Below, in pieces: positions 23,591-33,700 of a stretch of DNA of 64,000 nucleotides; positions within the stretch are counted from its first letter, which is position 1; every line of letters starts with the position of its first letter. The notes under the pieces are model-generated. The model was not told where the DNA came from. It was given only the letters and a program-made list of their open reading frames with translations, and ran no database searches. The translations under genes and the position numbers were made by a program. The stretch spans positions 124,001-188,000 of the forward strand of contig NIVC01000592.1 of the NCBI GenBank assembly GCA_002269645.1. The letters are read 5' to 3'. The DNA is from Macrostomum lignano (lineage: Eukaryota).

Positions 23591-24754
23591 AAAGGTTGGT
23601 TCCATACACGAGCGTATTATCCAACAGAATTGACCTGCCATTTTATTCAAATTCAAACCAGCTTACTACTAGTAGGCAGGCCAGAATTTATTTTTTTGTG
23701 TAAAGAAACTACATCCTTGACCTTAGATGATGCATTCAGTTAACAGGTTGAAAATTTAGACATTGAAGAGCAACTTCGCGGCAATTTAAGCTGCAACTGA
23801 GAGCATCCACAGCAGGTTCCAATTTGCAAACACTTGGCAATAGATCGGAATAAGGACCAGGATTTTATATTATTATGATTCTATAGATTTCATAAAAATA
23901 CGTCGACAAGCGCAAGGAGTATAAGAATATATTTTACAGGAAGGCGAAAAGTACAAAACGATGCCCAAATTGTCCGGCGGCCCTCGACAGCTTGGCAGGC
24001 AAAAAACTCGACGATAAAAAGTATTGATACCGATTAATGTACGCAGATAGGAGCGCGAGGCAGTTAAAACTCAAGAACCAACGCCATCTGTACAGGTGGA
24101 CCAGGTTGGCTGTAAACAAAGTAATTTCTCTCTAATTTATCCTCATCCTTCAGTCGTGGCACCCCGATGAAAACTGTACTCAGAGTCGTTGCAGGTAACA
24201 CAGGTAAAATGGGAAAGAAGTGGCTCTGGAGACGACTCTAAAACAACGAGATGTCACGGTACAAGTCGACAAAAAGAGTCCGAGTTGCTGTGAAATCGCT
24301 GAATTGCATCTGAAGCACATCTGCGTCATTTAATGAATTAGAATTGCATTTCGCATTCATAACAATTCTATTTATTCTAATTGGCTTAGTAGACTTTTTC
24401 AACAGTCGCCACTCCGTTGCATTGAAGTCTTTACAAGAATCGCTCCAGAGTTGCTAGAGTCACTATTGAGTTGCTTGCGGTGACTCTTTAGCGATTCTTG
24501 TCAACAGTAACGTTTTCACCGGGTCCACTCCGCTCCTCATCCTCCAGTTGTGGGCCACCAACACCTTTCTGATTGTACAGACAGGTCCAAGAAATAAAAC
24601 GATTTTGCAGATAAGAAATTGCATGCTTCGAAAGCAAACACAAACACATTGATCAGGAATAAATCTAGTGAAAGTAAAATTCAGTGTAATAAGTAATCCC
24701 TTCAATATCAGTCTTGAATAATAATTAACTATTAACAAAGCTGAAAAATGAAAT

Positions 24755-27700
24755 TCAAACATTGTGAAAGTAGAGATTAGCGCACACGCACAGCAGGAAA
24801 ATGGCCACCGAGTTGAAGTAAATTAATCGGCGAAATCTGGGCTCCAGGTCGCCTTGCCTGTACCAGTACACCTGGGCAATGGGAGAGGGGGGTTCACCAT
24901 CATATGCCTGCATCTATGGGATGGCTATAATATCTAAGGGATCTCTACATTCTCTATGGTATTTCTATAATCTTTATGGGATCTCTATAATCTATTGGAT
25001 CTCTATAATCTCTATAGGATCTTTATAATCTCTATGGGATCTCTATAATCTCTATGAGTAGTAGGAAAGTGGTACCCTCTACCGCCATCGCACCGGATTG
25101 GCCGGGGCACCCGGCCAATGAGGGGAGAGGGCCCCCAAAAGACGCCCACCCCGACCCCAGACCCACCACCGCCGCACCCACCCCCGACCCCACCACCGCC
25201 ACGCACCCACCCCCGACCCAAACCGGGCCCCCAAAGACGCCCACCCCGACCCCAAACCCACGCACCCACCCCCGACCCCAAACCGGGCCCCCTCCTATCC
25301 ATCCCAAACCAAGGCCCCTCCTGTCCTGCACCCCATCTCATAACCAAGGCCCCCTCGTGTCCTACACCCCGTACATCCCATACCAAGGCCTCCTCCTATC
25401 CTGCACCCCATCCCAAACCAAGGCCCTGCCTGTCCTGTACCCCATCCCATACCAAGGCCCCTTCCTGTCCAGCACCCCATCCCATACCGGAGGCAGGAGA
25501 AATGGGTCGGGCAAGCCCAGGAGTGGGGTCGGGCAGGCCGGTCGAGCAGGCCAGATGAGGGGTCGGGCAGCCGAGTGTCTGGTTGATTGTCCAAGGGTGG
25601 GTATCGAGATGTGAATGAGTGTCCATTGGCGAGTGTCCTCCTACCGCGTGTGGTGACACGCAGCACAGAGTTTCAATGTGATCCGGTAGAGGGCCCGATT
25701 GCTTGGAATTTCCTAGTAGAGAGGGGAAGGGATTCTATTGGTCGAGCAAGCATTTGAAGTGATTTCCGAGTAATGTGGAGAAGGGATTCTATTGGTCGAT
25801 AGGTCTCTGGTGAACGATTTGGTTTGGACCCTGCGGGAGAAGGGCCCCAGTACCCTTTATAAATAAAGCACCTCGGCCCCATAGATTTTTTATTTATTTT
25901 AGATTGAATTAAAAATACAACAAAAATGCAAATAACTTGCGACTTCTGCGAGTCATCAGTAACCGGGGGCATTGAGGAGCACTATGCGGTATGCCCTGCG
26001 ATACCAGCACTGTTTGAGTCAGATGACTCCCCAACGATTCATTTTCAACTGATCAAGGAGGCGTTTAATGGCAGGTCCCGACTTTACCGGGCCAGTGAAT
26101 GCGGCGACCCGAGGAATTTGTTGGAAAACACTCGTCAAGCTTTCATTGACTTGATCACCCAGCATCAACGTGAGCCAGGAACCGCCATCAAAGTTCAGCT
26201 GCGCCTCGGGGTCCTGATGCAGCGCATCATTAATGGCCGCTGCGCCGCCGAGAACACCGCCTGGTTTGCTGCCAAGGTCCACTCTCTTATTCGGAGTGAG
26301 GAGGAGCAATACTTCTCTGACGACATGCAGACTATCCTCAACCGGATAGAGAAGTACCTACGCAATGGCAGTGGCTGGGAAATCAGGACCACTCGGTGTG
26401 TTGACGTGTCAACCGCAAGTTATTATCTACCGCATGGAGCGTCGTGCAAAAGGCCAAGAATGAGTTCAAGAAAGACAACGGGCCGCTAAACAACTCCCTG
26501 TAGACCCTAGAGAATGTTCGCAAGCAAGTGAGCTACCGACTGGTTTATTCAAAGCCTGTGGCCAAGTCAGCATTCCGCGACCAGATGATTTTCAAGGGGG
26601 ATTTAGTTCTGGTGCACGTTCTCAAGATGACAAGCCAGTGTCGGCCAGTGCGATCTGGACACTAGCAAGCTCTTTTTCTCACAATAACATTCTTTTCACA
26701 TATCTTTAATTTTTAACTATATGCATGTAAATTTAATACGAACATACTATATTTTAAATAATAATAAATACAAGCTTTACTCTATGATATTTGGTACACT
26801 GCAGGAGAGAAAAATGCTCTTTCACAAGAATATTTTTGCCATAATTAGTCATTTTTGTGCACATCTCTGGGTTAAAATCCTCATTGAAATGTATGTATTT
26901 TATCCAAAAGTATGTAAGTTTTCGCGCACAGTGATTAAAAGTGCGCAATATGACGTGACTTTTTTTGACAACATCCGTCAATTTTCATGCACAGGTTCGA
27001 GTAAAAATCCCTATTGAAATACATGTATTTTGTGCACAAGTATGCAAGTTTTCGTGCACAGTGTTAAAAAGTATGCAAAGTGTCGAGGTTTTTCGTGCAC
27101 ACATTCGGGTAAAAATTCCCATTGAAATGTATGTATTTTGTGCAAACATGCATGCTTTTTCGTGCACAACAGAGGCTAGAAACGCTAAATCCGCAGAAAC
27201 TGGTGGGGTGGGTAGTTTTTTTTTCAAGCCAGGTGTTTGGCATAAGAAAATGATAGGTACTAGAAATTTGGTAAAATGAAAAAGAAAAAGGCAATTTCCA
27301 ACCTTCTGCCAGGTATTTATTTCGACTGCAGTAGGCCGGGCAGCTATGGCGGCTATCAGGCATTAAATCGAGAGTTGCACAAACAGCACGGGCCCAAGTT
27401 TAGTGTAGGGCAGGTATGTATATACGATATACTCCTAAACCAATGATTTTCTAGAAAATTCCAGCTTAGGTTTTTAGTTGCTAGCAGTTTCCAGTTTTCA
27501 CACTAAAGGTAAAAACGTGGCTCCAAGACCAAGATGTCTACACACTGCATAGAGATAAACGCAAAAACTTTCGTCGAGCACCGATTGTGGTGCGGGGCAT
27601 GGATGACCAGTGGGAACTGGACCTGGTTGAAATGCTACCGTTTGCCAAGTACAATGGCGGCGTACGATATATTTTATGCTGCATTGATGTGCTCAGCAAG

Positions 27701-30700
27701 TTTGCCTGGGCTCAGCCGGTGCGCCGCAAGACAGCCGAGGAGGTTGCAGCCGGATTCGAAGCGATCCTAAATCGAGCTCACCCTCGATGCCCACGAGCAG
27801 TTCGGACCGACCGTGGAAAAGAGTTTTGTAACACCCAGTTCCGAGCCCTCTGCGTAAACCACAAAATTCATGCATTCACATCAAGTAGTGACCAGAAATG
27901 CGCAGTCATTGAGAGATGGAACCGCACACTGAAATCCCGAATGTGGCGGTACTTCCGTCACAAGTCAACATTAACCTGGACCGATGTGCTTCAACCCTTA
28001 GCAAAGGCATACAACCAGAGTATTCATCGGAGTATTCAAAGCCGACCAGTTGATGTCGACAAGTCAAACGAGATGGAAATTTGGCACCGGCTTTACGATG
28101 GGAAGCTTCCTGAGACTCGTGAAAAGGTCTCCAGACCAAAGTTCAAGGCAGGAATGATGGTGCGAATCTCTCTTCGCAATCTGGCCAACCCATTCACCAA
28201 GGGATACACAAGGGGATGGAGTGAGGAAGTATTTGAAGTCAAGTCCCTCCACCCCAAGCATTATCCATACATGTACACTCTGATCGATGCCCGAGGTGAA
28301 GAGTTGGAAGGCAAGTTTTACGAGCCGGAAATGCAGCAAGTGACTGGAAACAAGAAGCTGTGGATCATCGACAAGGTTCTCAACATTAAGAAGCTGAAGA
28401 GTGGAAAGATTCGGTATTTGGTTCAGTGGCGCGATTCAGAAAAACCCAGTTGGATTGACGTCAGACTGCAGCTGATGCCCTCTCCCGCATTTTGCTACCA
28501 GATCAAGCATCCGAACCTACTTTGCTGGACTCTGACTGAGCTCCTCTACGGCATAACAGTAGTAGTGAGATCTGCCTATGCACCGAGTAATAATAATAAT
28601 AATAATAATAATAATATTTTTGCTGTAACTTTACTTCTGTATTTCTTTTGTGTACAAAAGATAAAAAAATTAACGCGAATGCGACAATAGTGTTTGTACA
28701 ACAATGCTTACGAAAGTGAAATGTTTTTTTTGTTTATTTTATTGGCAGGTCCATGGATTGCAAAGCATAAAATTACATGTTAAAAGCTCGTATTAGCACA
28801 AAAAAGTTTATTAAGAACGGAAGGGCAGTATTAAGGCCCGTCGCCTGTATTTACAAAACAGTATTATCGCCCGGAATCAAAGCATGATGGGGCAATATTA
28901 TGGCCAGTATTGACAAAGCAATATATACAACAGTGCATGATCAGTACTATGGTTCAAAACTATATTAAAAAAAAGTTAATTGACGAAATGACCAGTTGTC
29001 GCTTCATGCATTGCGCGTCGCTTCATTGGTGGCTGGTGGAATGAAGGCTGTTGGTTCTTCTCAGCTGTTGGTGGCTCTTCCAGAGTTTCGAATGTAAATC
29101 TCTTTCTAAATTCAGCCTGAACTGCTTGGAAGGCCCCCCAGTGGTCGTCCCAATCTGCCGACTGCCTGTCAGGTACTTGCATCAGTTGGTCGAGCGTAAG
29201 CCTTGCTGCCCATGCTGAACACTTCAGATTCCGTAGGGTGGTATCCCATGGATCGCCGATCGGTGGCTCGACCGGAGGCTCTCGCTTGTCATTTTGTCTA
29301 GGACCCATTGCTTTTGAGCCCAGACTTCGCGCCAAAGTGTAGTAGGAAGCGGTAAGGCGTGCCTTAGGTGCACCGGCGGTCCGAGTACAGTTGGAAGGCG
29401 CCAGAGTGTGATTACGCCATTTTGCACAACCACTTGCCTGTTGCCACCCAGAAGGCATTGCGCATCGATACACTTTCTTGCAAACTCTTCCAGTCGTTCC
29501 TTCAGGCTGCCCAAGTGGCAAAACTGGTGGACGGTGAGCTCCATGCCAGGCAGACCTGGTCGATACTCTTCATCAAATTTGTACCACTTTCTGATGCTGA
29601 TGCACTTCGAGTGCGACCTGACGCCGATTCGAAATCTGTTCGATAATGTCTTGAAGTTCATTTTGTTCACTGTGAGCTTTCCTTCCGGCTGTGTGCGAGA
29701 TTATATACGACGAGAGTTGGTAAGTAACACCAGCTCCCGCTCCATAGCAATAACCAATCCGAACCCCGAATCCAACCCCACACAACAGCCCTCTCGCAGG
29801 AACTCTCGGCAAATCAGGAGCCCTTCCGGGGACCACTCAGCCATTTAGAAACCAGCTCCTGTTCCATAGCAATAACTAATCCGAACCCCAAATCCAACCC
29901 CCACACAGCAGCCCTTTCGCAGGAACTCGGGCCTTAACAAAGTCTCAGCCATCAACGTAACAGGAGGTGGCGGGACCTTCTTGCGGCCCTCTGGCCGCCA
30001 AGAAGTAGCGTTCTAGGTCTAACGACCTCACGCTGTACCCGCCACAGCAAGATACAGTACAACCAAAGCATGGAATGAGGGTTTTGCCTTGGCTAGCTTT
30101 AAAGGCGGTAAGTGAGACAGGTAATAAGACTTGGGTTTAGGAATTAGGAGGGGGGAATTGGTTTTGGTTAGGGTACAGGATAGAAGGACCTTGCTACATG
30201 GGATGGGGCAAGGCGTAGGATAGGAGGGGGACTTGGTATGGGATGCATGGGGTGCAGGACAGGAGGGGGTCTTGGTATGGGATGCACGGGGTGCAGGACA
30301 GGAGGGGTGTAGGACAGGAGGGGGTCTTGGTATGGGATGCACGGGGTGCAGGACAGGAGGGGTGTAGGACAGGAGGGGGTCTTGGTATGGGATGCACGGG
30401 GTGCAGGACAGGAGGGGTGTAGGACAGGAGGGGGTCTTGGTATGGGATGCATGGGGTGCAGGACAGGAGGGGGTCTTGGTATGGGATGCACGGGGTGCAG
30501 GACAGGAGGGGGTCTTGGTATGGGATGCACGGGGTGCAGGACAGGAGGGGGTCTTGGTATGGGATGCACGGGGTGCAGGACAGGAGGGGTGTAGGACAGG
30601 AGGGGTGTAGGACAGGAGGGGGCCTGGTTTGGGGTCGGGGGTGGGTGCGTGGGTTTGGGGTCGGGATTGGGTGCGTGGCGGTGGTGGGTTTGGGGTCGGG

Positions 30701-33700
30701 GTGGTTTTGGGGGTCGGGGTGGGTTTGGCGTCGGGGTGGGCGTCTTCGGGGCGCCCTCTCCCCTCATTGGCCGGGTGCCCCGGCCAATCCCGTGCGATGG
30801 CGGTAGAGGGTACCACTTTCCTACTACTTTCCTACTACTACGGTAGGAGCTGGTTTCTAAATGGCTGAGTGGTCCCCGGAAGGGCTCCTGATTTGCCGAG
30901 AGTTCCTGTGAGAGGGCTGTTGTGTGGGGTTGGATTCGGGGTTCGGATTGGTTATTGCTATGGAGCGGGAGCTGGTGTTACTTACCAACTCTCGTCGTAT
31001 ATAATCTCGCACACAGCCGGAAGGAAAGCTCACAGTGAACAAAATGAACTTCAAGACATTATCGAACAGATTTCGAATCGGCGTCAGGTCGCACTCGAAG
31101 TGCATCAGCATCAGAAAGTGGTACAAATTTGATGAAGAGTATCGACCAGGTCTGCCTGGCATGGAGCTCACCGTCCACCAGTTTTGCCACTTGGGCAGCC
31201 TGAAGGAACGACTGGAAGAGTTTGCAAGAAAGTGTATCGATGCGCAATGCCTTCTGGGTGGCAACAGGCAAGTGGTTGTGCAAAATGGCGTAATCACACT
31301 CTGGCGCCTTCCAACTGTACTCGGACCGCCGGTGCACCTAAGGCACGCCTTACCGCTTCCTACAAAACTTTGGCGCGAAGTCTGGGCTCAAAAGCATTGG
31401 GTCCTAGACAAAATTGTCAAGCGAGAACCTCCGGTCAAGCCACCGATCGGCGATCCATGGGATACCACCCTACGGAGCCTGAAGAGTGTGCAGCATGGGC
31501 AGCAAGGCTTACACTCGACCAACTTATACAAGTACCTGACAGGCAGCCGGCAGAGTGGGACGACCACTGGGAGGCTTTCCAGGCAGTTCAGGCTGAATTT
31601 AGAAAGAGATTTGCATCCGAAACTCTGGAAGAGCCACCAACAGCTGAGAAGAACCAACAGCCTTCATTCCACCAGCCACCAATGAAGCGACGCGCAATGC
31701 ATGAAGCGACAACTGGTCATTTCGTCAATTAACGTTTTTAATATAGTTTTGAACCATAGTACTGATCATGCACTGTTGTATATACTGCTTTGTCAATACT
31801 GGCTATAATATTGCCCCATCATGCTTTGATTCCGGGCGATAATACTGTTTTGTAAATACAGGCGACGGGCCTTAATACTGCCCTTCCATTCTTAATAAAC
31901 TTTTTTGTGCTAATACGAGCTTTTAACATGTAATTTTATGCTTTTCAATCCATGGACCTGCCAATAAAATAAACAAAAAAAAAAACATTTCATTTTCGTA
32001 AGCATTGTTGCACAAACATAGTCGCATTCGCGTTTATTTTTTCTTATATTTTGTACACAAAAAATATAGAAGTAAAGTTATAGGAAAAATATTATTATTA
32101 TTATTATTATTATTATTACTCGGTGCATAGGCAGATCTCACTACTACTGTTATGCCGTAGAGGAGCTCAGTCAGAGTCCAGCAAAGTAGGTTCGGATGCT
32201 TGATCTGGTAGCAAAATGCGGGAGAGGGCATCAGCTGCAGTCTGACGTCAATCCAACTGGGTTTTTCTGAATCGCGCCACTGAACCAAATACCGAATCTT
32301 TCCACTCTTCAGCTTCTTAATGTTGAGAACCTTGTCGATGATCCACAGCTTCTTGTTTCCAGTCACTTGCTGCATTTCCGGCTCGTAAAACTTGCCTTCC
32401 AACTCTTCACCTCGGGCATCGATCAGAGTGTACATGTATGGATAATGCTTGGGGTGGAGGGACTTGACTTCAAATACTTCCTCACTCCATCCCCTTGTGT
32501 ATCCCTTGGTGAATGGGTTGGCCAGATTGCGAAGAGAGATTCGCACCATCATTCCTGCCTTGAACTTTGGTCTGGAGACCTTTTCACGAGTCTCAGGAAG
32601 CTTCCCATCGTAAAGCCGGTGCCAAATTTCCATCTCGTTTGACTTGTCGACATCAACTGGTCGGCTTTGAATACTCCGATGAATACTCTGGTTGTATGCC
32701 TTTGCTAAGGGTTGAAGCACATCGGTCCAGGTTAATGTTGACTTGTGACGGAAGTACCGCCACATTCGGGATTTCAGTGTGCGGTTCCATCTCTCAATGA
32801 CTGCGCATTTCTGGTCACTACTTGATGTGAATGCATGAATTTTGTGGTTTACGCAGAGGGCTCGGAACTGGGTGTTACAAAACTCTTTTCCACGGTCGGT
32901 CCGAACTGCTCGTGGGCATCGAGGGTGAGCTCGATTTAGGATCGCTTCGAATCCGGCTGCAACCTCCTCGGCTGTCTTGCGGCGCACCGGCTGAGCCCAG
33001 GCAAACTTGCTGAGCACATCAATGCAGCATAAAATATATCGTACGCCGCCATTGTACTTGGCAAACGGTAGCATTTCAACCAGGTCCAGTTCCCACTGGT
33101 CATCCATGCCCCGCACCACAATCGGTGCTCGACGAAAGTTTTTGCGTTTATCTCTATGCAGTGTGTAGACATCTTGGTCTTGGAGCCACGTTTTTACCTT
33201 TAGTGTGAAAACTGGAAACTGCTAGCAACTAAAAACCTAAGCTGGAATTTTCTAGAAAATCATTGGTTTAGGAGTATATCGTATATACATACCTGCCCTA
33301 CACTAAACTTGGGCCCGTGCTGTTTGTGCAACTCTCGATTTAATGCCTGATAGCCGCCATAGCTGCCCGGCCTACTGCAGTCGAAATAAATACCTGGCAG
33401 AAGGTTGGAAATTGCCTTTTTCTTTTTCATTTTACCAAATTTCTAGTACCTATCATTTTCTTATGCCAAACACCTGGCTTGAAAAAAAAACTACCCACCC
33501 CCACCAGTTTCTGCGGATTTAGCGTTTCTAGCCTCTGTTGTGCACGAAAAAGCATGCATGTTTGCACAAAATACATACATTTCAATGGGAATTTTTACCC
33601 GAATGTGTGCACGAAAAACCTCGACACTTTGCATACTTTTTAACACTGTGCACGAAAACTTGCATACTTGTGCACAAAATACATGTATTTCAATAGGGAT

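Noticed and set aside
23620-24600. Possible additional minus-strand exons downstream of TMEM243
   Set aside because: Short open frames with no motif or consistent splice chain.
26721-27363. Short ORFs in the AT-rich Polinton repeats
   Set aside because: No motifs; these are overlapping ORFs in repeated non-coding DNA.
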